Shown piece by piece: positions 1 to 10,591 of a DNA stretch of 64,000 nucleotides. This DNA is from Takakia lepidozioides. Taxonomy: Eukaryota > Plantae > Bryophyta. Location of the stretch: positions 31,620,001-31,684,000 of the forward strand of contig CM060732.1 in assembly GCA_030704615.1 (NCBI GenBank). Reading direction: 5' to 3'. The notes under the pieces are model-generated. The model saw only the letters and a list, made by a program, of their open reading frames with translations. It was not told the DNA's origin and did not search any database. Position numbers and translations under genes: made by a program. Position 1 is the stretch's first letter. Every line of letters begins with the position of its first letter.

Positions 1-870
1 CTTATATTCCAAGGTTTACAATCCTCAAAAGATGCAAATAAACTTTGTCACATTTGAGGGCAACTGTTCTGTTTTAAGTTTGAAAGTCCATCTGCTTTCT
101 CACACATTGCTCTTGGTTGCAGTGTATCGTTGGTTTTGAAGCCCACCGACAGGCAAAAGTAGAGGGGCTCTTGCAAAGGGCATATGCAGCATTCTTTATC
201 CACACTCTTTGGGAAGCAACAGCAACCTTGAGGATTCATGGTGCTGGGAATGAAGCCATTTCTTTTGTAATATTAGGGGCAAGTAACATGTAAGGGTAAC
301 TACCAATTGAGGTTGCAATGTGATGTGCTGCCAGGGTGGTGATAGTTCGTCAGCAAACAAAGGGCAGTAAATGAGTCCTGTTACTCTCCTTGGGGACGAG
401 AGGAACATCTACTAGCTGGTTTTGAAGTTTTGCAGAGTGTTGTATGGGACACATGGTGGTGGATATTGACCTGAATACTGCCAAGTAGCCCCAACAGTTA
501 TCTGCTAGTTTCAGGGAAAGTGGCATTGCAGTCTGTTTCAGAATGATATTCTAGATATCGGGGGTTTGCAGAGCTCGAACTATGGCCTTCAGCAGCTCTC
601 GACAACCTCCTGAATGAAGGGCTTATGATAGAGAAACCCACAAATGCGATTAAGAATATAGAGACCCAGCAACTGGGATTGTTTTCTGATTGTTGAAGGA
701 TTTTGCCAGGGGCGCTATTGGATTAGTCCAGAATGTTCTCATGATAGTGTAGCATAGAGTTTTCCTCTGTATTTGTGTTCATAACTTCATGTGCTAATTC
801 CTTTGTCCTAAAACTAGTAGTAGACAATACAAAAGGGAAAAAAGAAGGCAAAACTGAATCATGCTTCCAC
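1..870 (-). mobile_element. Probable degenerate non-LTR retrotransposon (LINE) remnant flanking the BASS2 retrocopy
   Basis: Stop-riddled coding-like sequence with no recognisable host exon; the assignment rests mainly on context with the remnant at 2185-3800. Confidence 0.25.
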
Positions 871-1004
871 CTGCAGCGCACAAGAGCATTTGAGGCGACG
901 AGCATGTCTCGCGTCTGATGGCAACTTTGCCGATATGTAGTGCAGCCAACAAATCATCAAACGTGTAATGTACCCCCTGACGAGAAGCAACGATACTTAC
1001 TCAG

Positions 1005-2181
1005 CTAATGCAACTCCTTAAAGTCATTCTTGTCATCTGCTGGAATCGGTTGATTTCTCCAAAAGACCGCAAGAGCACTTCCTCCCAGCGCCATGAACAC
1101 CACTGACTGCTGTTGCTGAAGTGCTTTTGTGACAACAGGAACCCCAGTGATGCAGAGCTCTGCATCCCACACTCAATGGAAATAATTTGCGATGTGGACT
1201 CCCCGAAGCTAGAAAGTTTAGAAAACAAGTATCCCAGCATGAAACCAGCAAAATGTAGCAGAGCTACGGGTATGACAAGCTGTGCGCCTTGTGCCACCAG
1301 CACCTCTGACACTTACCCAATAGGGCTAGCACAAAGCAATGTAGTCATGATAACTCCAATCAAAGGTGTAACGGTGATAACCTTTTCTGTAAACTTTGGA
1401 ATGTACTCATGTGCAAGTACTCCAACAACGGTGGGCATGAGAACAACTTGGAAAGTGCTAATGGCCAGCCCTATTGCATCAACAGTTTAGTGAGCAGGGG
1501 TGTCATGATGATGGCACCAATCGTTGAGGCTGTGGTCATGAGGACTGATAGGGCTACATTGCCCTTGGAAATGTAGGTTGCCACATTGGAAGCCTGGCTT
1601 CCAGGACAACATGAGACTAGAATGAGACCTGTTGCCAGGGGGGCTGACAGCTTTAGTGTCAGCGCAATCAGAAACCCAAGAACTGGCTTGATGAGATACT
1701 GTGCTAAAAATCGAACGCCCACAGTCCAGGGGTTGTGTAAGCAGCGTCGGAAGTCCTCGAAGGTGAGAGTGAGGCCCATGGAGAGCATGAGAAAACCCAA
1801 GGTAAGTGTGAACAAATCCGTCTGCAACCATGTCACCGCAGACGGCTTGTAACTTCCAATGACGGTGCCCAAAATCACCCACATAAGAAACACAGTCGTG
1901 AGCAAATCGACCACTTTTTCGAAGGCGCTTAGTGATTTGCCGTCACTGGGAGCACCACTTGACACATCTCCCACTGCATTCGCCTCCGCTCAGCACATCA
2001 CCTTCTTAGTGGTAGAATGGACCACCACATCTGATCCCAGTGGTAGAGCCTACCCACTCCACAAAGAAGAGGCCGAAGAGGCCCACCAGCCTCCAGCTTC
2101 GATAAAGGTCTCATCTATAGACCTAAAGGCAAGCTCATGGCCTGCATCCTGGCAAGCAGGTAATAGATGCCCAACAGCAAT
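1005..2181 (-). pseudogene. BASS2: Processed (intronless) pseudogene of plastid bile acid:sodium symporter family pyruvate transporter BASS2
   Basis: ORFs 1471-1974 and 1001-1312 give [50 protein letters not shown] and [14 protein letters not shown]; a shifted frame ends [29 protein letters not shown]. There are no introns, a frameshifting deletion at ~1483 (LAGQLVP lost), an in-frame stop (PIG*VSEV), a further deletion at ~1110, and stops in the transit-peptide region. Confidence 0.9.
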
Positions 2182-2184
2182 GTA

Positions 2185-3800
2185 AGAAACTGCTGGGATC
2201 TTTCCACTCTCCACAGCTGCACCCACAGTTGCATTAATTTGGACTCACTTCCACATCCTCAAGTGCTGTCACACCCAAAGGCGACAATCGCCGAACAAAA
2301 GGAAGCAGAGGATATTATCAACCAGTAGTTAAAGATCTTTCTCGGGTTTCTTCTTATTTCCATCAGCCAGACCCACACGACCAAATGCTCCAAAATGCAG
2401 CCCAATGTGGTGCCCCCAGTAAAGCATCCGCCAACATAAGACATACTCTACTGTGCTTCCCCCTTCATACGCCTAAATCTCCTGAATGCTTGCTTGCTGG
2501 ACCCAACATTGCACCAATCTCCCCACTTCCTCTCTACTTCCTCTCCAGGGTTTTCCCTTTTTCTTGATGAATCCCCAGAATGGTAAAAGCTGCGGCTGCG
2601 CGATGCCTTTCTCTCATATGGCCGATCTCCAAGCAAGTAGTGCAAAAGAATGCAACCTTCACTGGCTTACTCCAGGTCAGGTGGGCACTTTCAAACAGTC
2701 AGCTATGAACTGTCAACAGTCTTGGGGGGGAAACCATCATCTCTTCGAAGCTTTTTCTGGAGGAAACAAGAGGATGACGAAGACAAATGCACGAATGATA
2801 TAGGTTAACTGCAATGAAGAGATGAAGGAGCTCAATATTCTCAGGGCTCCAACCAGTGTATGCCAATGTTGCGCAGTGAATAGGTACTTCATATGGTCCT
2901 GAACACTGGGGACCTGAAATTCACCATATCTAGGCTCAGATCAAACCTGCAATAGACACAGCAGAGAAATAATGCATCCTAGAGGGCGGTATGGCCTCAC
3001 ACCTGATTGATTCCCACAGGCAACAGTGGAGGTTTTGCTCTTAGATTCACGAGTTTGTCAACAGCCAGGTCATCAGGAAATGCTGAAGGACTGGTAGCCT
3101 AGCCATTTGTTGCCCCACTCATAGGGCAGGAAGTGACGCTGTCGGTCTCAACCATTATGCTGCCTGTGGCATACAAGGGCTCCTCATACCAGGTCAGGAG
3201 GGTAACTGGCTGTCAGGCAAAAGAGGAGAGTCTCAACTCACCAGTTTGCTTTGTCACCCCACTACACTGGTCATCAGTCGAGCTTCTTATAAAACCAGTG
3301 AAAGCAGCACCTGCATGGTCAACCTTCCAAAGCACCATCTTGTCTACAGATGCAGGCTGCTGAAGATTGGGTGGCCAAGATACAAGGTGACCGCTAAGCA
3401 CTGCCCATGTGAAGTGGAAAATAGGGGACAGAGCATGCCTTGCACACATGCTCAGAGAACTTACAATGATAAACAACGCTACTGAGTAAGGATCACAAAG
3501 CACCAAATTGTTCTGAATGGAAAATCCACATCTCCAGGAAACACACACTCCTGCCTGACAAACAAGCCAGGAGTATAATGTAAGCCAACAAACCAACCCC
3601 CAAAAGGGGGCAGTACCTGCAACGGAAAGAGGCTCTTCTTTAGCTGACTTTGGTCGGCATCATCTCTCTAAGTCAACACAAAAACACAAATCCATCACTA
3701 AAAAATCTGCTGCCAACCAAACCAAACTCCTCATTTTTTGGATCTCCAACCAGGGTACCAGCCCTGTCACATTGGGATCTGAAAATCCTAGCCCAAAGTG
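2185..3800 (-). mobile_element. Degenerate LINE-like ORF2 remnant
   Basis: Fragmented frames include CWRMLYWGHHIG...GLADGN near 2360-2435, which resembles the zf-RVT C-terminal region of plant L1 ORF2; many stops and frameshifts. Confidence 0.35.
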
Positions 3801-5032
3801 GGACATCTTAAAGAACTGGGCTAAAATCCAGCTCGCTAAATAAGGATTCCTTTAATCAGGGGCGACAGGTGTTTTAGCACGGGCAGCAGCACGTCGTTCT
3901 TGTGCACTTTGTGGGGAGGCATGACGTAGGGATCCAAGGGCTCATTAGCAAATGGATGGTTGTCATCTGCGAATATGCGCAACTTCCTCGCTTGATCCTG
4001 TTAATACATCACACAATAAAAATTATGCCCCACAAATAGAAACTTAGAATGATGGAACCTGAATTTTATGTATCTGGAGAAACATGCACTATCTAAGTAG
4101 ATGCAACCCAACAATAGCAGCCTGACTATGTTGTTGAAACTATTGATTGTAAGTCACAGAAAAATTCACCAACAAGACATGTTAGATGTCCTGCAAACTG
4201 AGGAACCATGTAGGTTCTTGAGATGATCATACCTGCAAAAAAATGTTTGGATAGCCAACACTCATCAGCTTCAACACTACCCTCCGAAGTTTTCACATAT
4301 TTTCTCTACAATGACTAGTTCCTGGGAAGACATGGTCCTAAAGGGAGTAGGTGCTGACATCCCGAAGCTTGTTATCAGGGAGCATGCGTAGAACAGCCTT
4401 GCGAATGACTTCTGTAGGATCCTTTCGCAGTTGTTCCTTCACAGTCTCTCCTTCAGATGGCCTATATAACTGCACATGAGTCATCAAGCCACCATTTCCA
4501 GTTACCCCAACTTTTACCCTGTAAGGCAATCCTGTACAGCCCACTTCCACCACTGAGCCCCCAAGGTAAAGATTCTCGAACAAGGGTCCAACCATAAGTT
4601 TCCAACAAGAACCAATGCCATTAGCAGTGCCTTATCTTTTTTGTCTTGCCCTGATCAAAGACATAGGTGGGAGTCACTCTTTTAGCCTGGTTGAACAAGG
4701 GTGTAAACCTTGGCAATTCAGTAAATGCACTGCAAAACAGACACTGAGTACAACATGCATTTTATAAACATAGGGACTGGGAGAAAAGGTGCTAGCTTAT
4801 GCAGTAAGATCTCATTGATGTACAATTCCATCCCTTTCCCCTTGCAGCTCATGAGCACAATAGGCTCGAAAAGATTGAAAGAGGGCATGACCTTACCCTA
4901 TGTGCCAGTGGTACAGCTTGTTGGTGAGCTTTTCCCAGTAAGACCTATTTCTTTTGCATTCAATACAATGCAGATGTCACCATCATCAGGATAGGGAGCA
5001 TATGTCGGCAAAAGCCACGCAATACGTTGAGG

Positions 5033-8000
5033 CACAGTTCCGCAATGAACTGTGAACTACTTAGCGGAAGGAGGAATAATAGCATGTGACATTTAGGTAC
5101 TTACTCACCCAAAAAGGGAATATCCGCGATTTCAACGTCCTTCTCTGAGCCGGACGAGTCCTCCTCCACAACCATTGTAGGGGCCTGCAGGCTGCTGGAA
5201 GCGTGCATGTCAACATGCAATGCCCTCAACTTGCTCTCCATCAGGTCGTTGTCATTGGAGAAGGCCATCAAATGCCGGCCGCACACAGTGGCTGCGATCA
5301 TGGAATTGCCCATAGAGGCAGTGAGATCTACTACTCGTCCACCCACGTTGGTACAAGCCTCCAACAGGGTTTGGAAGAAGGCAGGCGACTTCTCCATTGC
5401 ACCCCTGTAAGCGACGTTACCGTTCATTGACAAATGCCCTCGGTCAGTGTTGTTGAACAAGACGTCAGCTTGGACTGGGTCGTTCTCCGGGTCAACGAGT
5501 TTGGCCGCCTCCTCGAGCTTGAACTTTGAGTCCCGCTTCACAATGCAGTAGGTGAAAAACACACGAGTCTGAGGTGGGATGCACATACCAAAACAACGCT
5601 GTCAGCATGCAACTGGGCAGTTCCGTGCGGAATTACAGTTCTGGTCTACCGCGCAGCCAAAGGTGGAGATAACAAGGGTGGGCACAGACAGAAGTGGAAG
5701 CACATTAAAAGCAATTCAATCTTGCCGCAGTTCCGGGCGGAACTGCGGTCTCTGCGACTGACAGGGATACCAGTGGTCCACTTGACTTGCACGTAGTTCC
5801 GCACGAAACTTTGAAGCCCTGCCCGCAGTGTACACTGCCAAGGTAACGCAACCATGTGCATCATAAATCACAAGTTAACTGCACACAGTTCGGCACTGAG
5901 GCAATATGTGCTTTGTGACAAACAATGTTGGGAGCACGGGACAGAGTTCGGTGGACAGCGAGTATACCTGACTTGCTGCAGAGGAGACGAGATGCAGAGT
6001 GTTTATGCATGTCCACCTCTTCAGGATGCAGTTGAATGGCTGCCCTCCCTTGGCTAATGTCTGTTTCACCTCGTGATCCGTCTGCCCATCCCCCTTCGTA
6101 ATAAGTATGACGCATCCGTCATCATGCACAACCGTTCCTGCAAATGCCAGGGCATAAATGATGTCCTTTGGGGTCCTCTCGTTCCAGTCTGGGACCACGT
6201 AATCCATACCAGTTTCAAGGACATGAACACCATGCGGGATATCAGCTATGACGACGTCGGCATAGCCTCCCAAGGGGGATTTGCGGCCCCCAAAATCTGC
6301 AAAGACCGGAGATGGTGTTACTGACTTCAGCCAGGCATCAACATTCTGCTTGGAAACGGGCCATGGCACTGGAACTCCATCTATCAACGCCTTGTAATCT
6401 CCATAGACGCAAGTGACAGACGTCTTTCCAGGCATTTTGACTCCCAGCGGCCTTGCAGCAAATGGTTTCCCACACAACTTGCGCTTGCTCCCTGAAAGCT
6501 GCAGCCCCGCCAGATGCGCAGAAGTAAGAGGGCCTGTACCCCACTCTCTCTCCCCTTCCGAAGAGGCGTCTTGCATAGACGGGTCTGCTGTGGGTGTTCG
6601 ACTGCCAGGGCTGCCTTCTATAGTGGCTTTCATAGCCTTCGCCAATTGCTTGCGAGTTCGCTGGGGTTTATTAGCCTCCCTCTGAAGCTGATCAGCTTCA
6701 TCTGCTGCTCTCGCCGCTTGTGCAGCGGGCAGATGTTCCCGTACGAGAGCCAGTCTCTGAGCAGTCTGTGCCCGCGTTTCCTTGTCGTGTGCAATCTTCG
6801 CTGAGTTTGCGCTAGTAAACTCCGCGTGTTCCTTCTTCTCTTCCACTGGTACGATGCCGGGTTTACAATCTAGCCACCACGGGCAGTTTGGATGGCAAAA
6901 CTGGCTGAAGGACTTCAGTTGCTTTGGGTTGTACGCCGTTACCTCTGTTACCTCACTCACCCAAGGCAGCATTATGTTTGGTGTGGAGAGGATCAAATTC
7001 TTCTCCTGCCGTAAGTACCTTTGCACATATCTGCACAGCCCAAATGCAACGCATAAGCAAACTGAAAGACTGTACGCTGCGGAGTACCGTGCGTCTCTGC
7101 CTCTAATTCACATGTATGCTTAAGCAACAAATGCAGGGAAGATCAATTCCGAGCCGAAATATCTGTTTCTGCCTCTGCCAATAGCTTGTGTGGTTACAAA
7201 ATTACTTCAAAGCTTCCACCTGCAGTACCAGGCAAGGCCAGTTCCGTGCCGAATTAAGTCACCAGAAGTGCATGTGATTTCAATGGAAGTTGGAACTGCG
7301 ACAAACAGAGTCGAATCTGCAAGGACATGTGCACATTATACCGGAAGCACATTCTCTTGGAAGGTTGCAACTTGCCAGGCTGCTCGCTTATCTCCACACT
7401 CTTGCGCATTTTCTCTTGCTCCTCGGTGTGGAAGAGAACATGCCAATACTTGAGCTTCCAAAATTCGATGTATTCGGCTATGCTCTGGGCTGCCGTCTCA
7501 AAACCATTCAACTTCAGTTGGTCCAGCTGCCGTTCTGCCTCCCGAATATTCTGCCCACATTTTCCCATAGTGAGAAGCACAGTACAGAAACACCACCACA
7601 CTCAACGACTTAACCAGAAGCCTCCGCCCAGCCTAATCAGTCCTATGTGATAACCATCCAACAGTGCTGGGCTTATACCTGGAACCACCAGGTGGCCTTG
7701 TTGCAATACGCTGCTATTTCCACGTCTGTTGGGCGGATGGGAAAGTGCTCGCTTCTGCGATATGGCTCGTCCGAATTCCAGATATGGAGCCACCTCACCT
7801 TCTCCTCTGCTGGAACACTGCTGGATGCAATAGTCTGGAGCTTGTCAACGCCCATCTCGGGCTTCTGTCCAGGCCGGAGGGAATTGTGATGTGTCATCAC
7901 CTCAAACAGATAGCCATCCGTGAGTGCGGGATCACAAATGACTGAGAATTTCGCAAACCTGCTTGTCAGCAATCGTTTGTGCGCTGCAGTGGCTTCTTCT

Positions 8001-8479
8001 ACTCGGGCTTGCAAGTCTGTGGTGTTCTGCTCCTCGGGAGCCACTTCTTCGCCGTATGCCGCAATGGCCTCATCTCGCGTGCGCCGCAAAGCTTCAGCGC
8101 CGATATATTCCACGGCAGCTTCCCTCGTCAAAGACATCCAGTTTGGCCTCTTGTGTACACACTTTTCGTAAAGTGCAGGAGAAAGGGCACTTTGAAAGTG
8201 CTCCAGCGGTGTCAACTGCGTCCGTTTGTAGAAATACAGTTGCTGGTCCAGATTTGTCCCCACTCTACCTTTCTGTGTCACCCTGCACACCGAGTAAAAC
8301 TGTTTGGATTAGGTGGAGGATTAGCATGATGTCCTGCAGTTCTGCACGGAATTGCGCACTGCCTCAGTAGAACACATCCCAGCACAATGGAAGAAGGGGA
8401 AACTTCTTGGATAGGCATTGAAGCGCCCCCTGACATCCGCATTGGAACACTTACCTTACGCAGTTCCGTCCGGAATTGC
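5033..8479. repeat. Dispersed 20-bp palindrome GCARTTCCG-NN-CGGAAYTGC, at least 8 copies, all in non-coding parts of the ParB-MTase insert
   Basis: 5033-5054 cacagttc-cgcaat-gaactgtg; 5617-5636 gcagttc-cgtgcg-gaattac; 5725-5748 ccgcagttc-cgggcg-gaactgcgg; 5793-5810 gtagttc-cgcacg-aaact; 7144-7161 caattc-cgagcc-gaaata; 7239-7256 cagttc-cgtgcc-gaatta; 8336-8355 gcagttc-tgcacg-gaattgc; 8460-8479 gcagttc-cgtccg-gaattgc. Confidence 0.85.
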
Positions 8480-9154
8480 AAATTCCCGATTCTGAACAGG
8501 GAGATTGCAAAAAAAAACAGGGCTGTTGGTGATCGCAGCATTCTACAGGCTAGAGTTCAGAACTTACTCGTTCATCCTCTGCATGGCTTGCCTAACGAGC
8601 CCCATATCTGTCAGCTTCACGTCCATGAGAAACGACCGAGCACGGACATGCCAGTCGATGTCATTCTTGTGTGATTTGTTGATGACTTCATTCCAAGCAT
8701 AATGTCTGTGGTTGCCATCATAGATGAACAAGAACTTGCCCTTGAGCCAATGCCATTTGGGGTCCCGCTCTAACTCAGCTTCAAATTCCGCATTCACAGT
8801 CTTCCATGCTGAGTCCCACGAAGCTAAGTCTGTCTCAGTTACATCCATCTCATGGCCTTCGTCATTCATAGTCGCAAGGAGAAACCCTGCCAGAGTGGGA
8901 TTGTACCCATCCACCTCAAAGAAAGTGCGAAGGTGAGCTATTCCGCGCTTTTCAGGCATCCTAACGGCAGGCAATGGCTTCATGCGGCACAAAGGAACGA
9001 ATGGAGGCTCTGACTTGTACAGGAGGTGCCTGAAAGGGGAGAAGGGGTGGTTCTGTGCGGACTCCTCTAGTGCCCTCTCCGCCTCATCCTTCATGCTCTC
9101 TGTCAACGGAATATCACTCGGCGATTTCTTCTCTGCCTCCCACCTCCTCATCAT
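5101..9154 (-). CDS. Five-exon gene for a ~976-aa fusion of a ParB/Srx-like domain, a putative HTH and a beta-class N6-adenine/N4-cytosine DNA methyltransferase
   Basis: Exons 9154-8568, 8282-7679, 7550-7342, 7030-5968 and 5568-5101 are joined by four phase-compatible GT-AG introns into 2931 nt with no internal stop. ParB signature FIYDGNHRHYAW (GxxRxxA) follows PLCRMKP..VR..LRTFFEVDGY. MTase motif IV ADVVIADIPHG precedes YRGAMEKSPAFFQTLLEACTNVGGRVVDLTASMGNSMIAATVCGRHLMAF (motif X/I), the beta order. The frame is open upstream to the insertion junction, so the true N-terminus may be truncated. Confidence 0.8.
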
Positions 9155-10224
9155 GGACGGCCGATACAAGGGATTGCCAGTGGAGGAAGCACCAAACTGC
9201 ACCAAGGTAGACGGCCCAACAACTCTAGCCAAAGGAGTCGTCTCCCCCTCCTTGATCCGCTCCTCCTCCTTGATCTGCTGCTTGCCATGCGCGGAAGGAG
9301 ACCCACACTATTGATAGCCGTGATGCCAGCTTCCCCAACACCTGCTCACCCCAACTTCATCAGCGGGCATGAGCACTTTTTACATCAGCTTTCAAAATGT
9401 GCACCAGGGGGCACTGGCAACAACTTGACATCTACCCTGCTGCTTGCTCCTGCCCTCAAAATGACCCAGAACGCATCTGCCACAGCAAGAACCGTTCTCT
9501 CTCTTCCTGTCTGCGTTCTAACCTCATGTTTCCTAATAACGTCAATGTCAATGCACGAAGCTGGATCGTCGGTGGTGTGCACTGGTTGATTCTCAGGAAC
9601 CATGGTGGACTGAAGTTTCCCAGAAGGGTACCGCGCACTCATGGATAGGTCATTATAAACGTATACAGGGAACCTCTCTCTCTCTCCCGGCACTTTGGAA
9701 TTGTAAATAACAGTTATGAGACATCATGAGATCAAAATAGTGAGAATGTATAGCAGTAGGAGAGACTGAATGAATCCAATGATTGCACTAGTCTATCGGA
9801 ACTCAAAAGTATCCAGCTACCCGAAGACTGTCCGGGTTCAAAAAACGATAGTCCAATAGCATACCTGTCCCTTTGCATCAAAGACTCGCCAGCGAGGACC
9901 TTGCATGACTGCGGGACGTAAGCCACCTGAAGCATTCTGCACACAAACAACAAGGCTGCAAGGGCTTCAAGGGTGCAATTCACCTCAAAGTGATTCCAAT
10001 GCAAACAAAACAAAATTTGAAACACTACTTCTCGGAATACACCGATGTCCCGAGTGGAGGGGGCAAATTTTTTTTAATCTTCCGCTTGCATCCCCAACCA
10101 GAACAACGAGAAGCAACATAACTCTCAGCTCCACTAGTGTGACTGTATACTGAACAAACACATATTTAGAAATGTCTCAACTTCATTAGTGTGATTGATT
10201 ACGACGTACCTTAAATCTGGACAT

Positions 10225-10591
10225 GGCAGGTCTGGAGGTCTTCGATCTGTGAAAGGTTTATCAAGGGCTTGGAGAAGGAGAAGACGACGAGAAGGGACCC
10301 AATTAGTGCACGTCGGAACGCTGATCCATGTCGTCGGATGTTGGGGGTTGTTTGAATTACTGTAGAATTCGAGGAGCAACAGATGCAGAAATTGGAGAAA
10401 GAGAAGGAGACCCACACGCAGAATCACGTAGCACGTGCCCGATTCTTTGCAGAGGCGAATAAAGACAAGGCTGAGCTCAGGCCTGGAGCCCTAGAGTTTC
10501 ATCCCCGTGTCATCCACTGTCGTCTCGCAGCTTGAGCCCTAAACCCTCAAGAGATCCAACAGTGTGTGCGTGTGCGTGCAGAGAAGCAGTG
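10225..10591. promoter_or_regulatory. Short bidirectional promoter region shared by uL13m (-) and KLHDC4 (+)
   Basis: Divergent ATGs at 10224 and 10592; telo-box-like AAACCCT at ~10541 and G-box CACGTG at ~10432. Confidence 0.55.

Larger units (their letters stand above)
5010..9304 (-). mobile_element. ~4.3-kb insertion carrying a ParB-methyltransferase gene; replaces about 17 nt (expected LQGKDK codons) of uL13 exon 3; no TIR or TSD seen
   Basis: uL13 homology stops after ...SIV at ~9305 and resumes at PTY at 5009; the sequence between is unrelated to uL13. Confidence 0.85.
3852..10224 (-). pseudogene. RPL13: Mitochondrial-type ribosomal protein uL13 gene, disrupted by a 4.3-kb insertion and frameshifts
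   Basis: GT-AG exons: 10224-10210 (MSRFK); 9936-9865 (NASGGLRPAVMQGPRWRVFDAKGQ); exon 3 split into 9341-9306 (VLGKLASRLSIV) and 5009-4897 (PTYAPYPDDGDICIVLNAKEIGLTG..KLTNKLYHWHIG, 1-bp deletion); 4469-4359 (YIGHLKE.TVKEQLRKDPTEVIRKAVLRMLPDNKLRD, 1-bp deletion); 3997-3852 (DQARKLRIFADDNHPF..PYVMPP, internal deletion). Confidence 0.92.

Noticed and set aside
5033-8479. Palindromic repeats as a CRISPR array or Helitron 3' hairpin
   Set aside because: Spacing is irregular, there are no uniform spacers or cas genes, and no CTRR terminus follows the hairpin near 5010.
8454-8491. Possible micro-exon (CAG...GTAAGT) within intron 1 of the ParB-MTase gene
   Set aside because: Direct 8568-to-8282 splicing already keeps the frame, and this segment is mostly one of the palindromes.
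5010-9304. Bacterial or phage contamination
   Set aside because: The gene has four spliceosomal introns and both junctions fall within one plant exon.
9385-9693. 102-aa minus-strand ORF as a possible first exon of the ParB-MTase gene
   Set aside because: It lies in uL13 intron 2 (9864-9342), outside the insertion; the uL13 exon 3 start sits between it and the insert.
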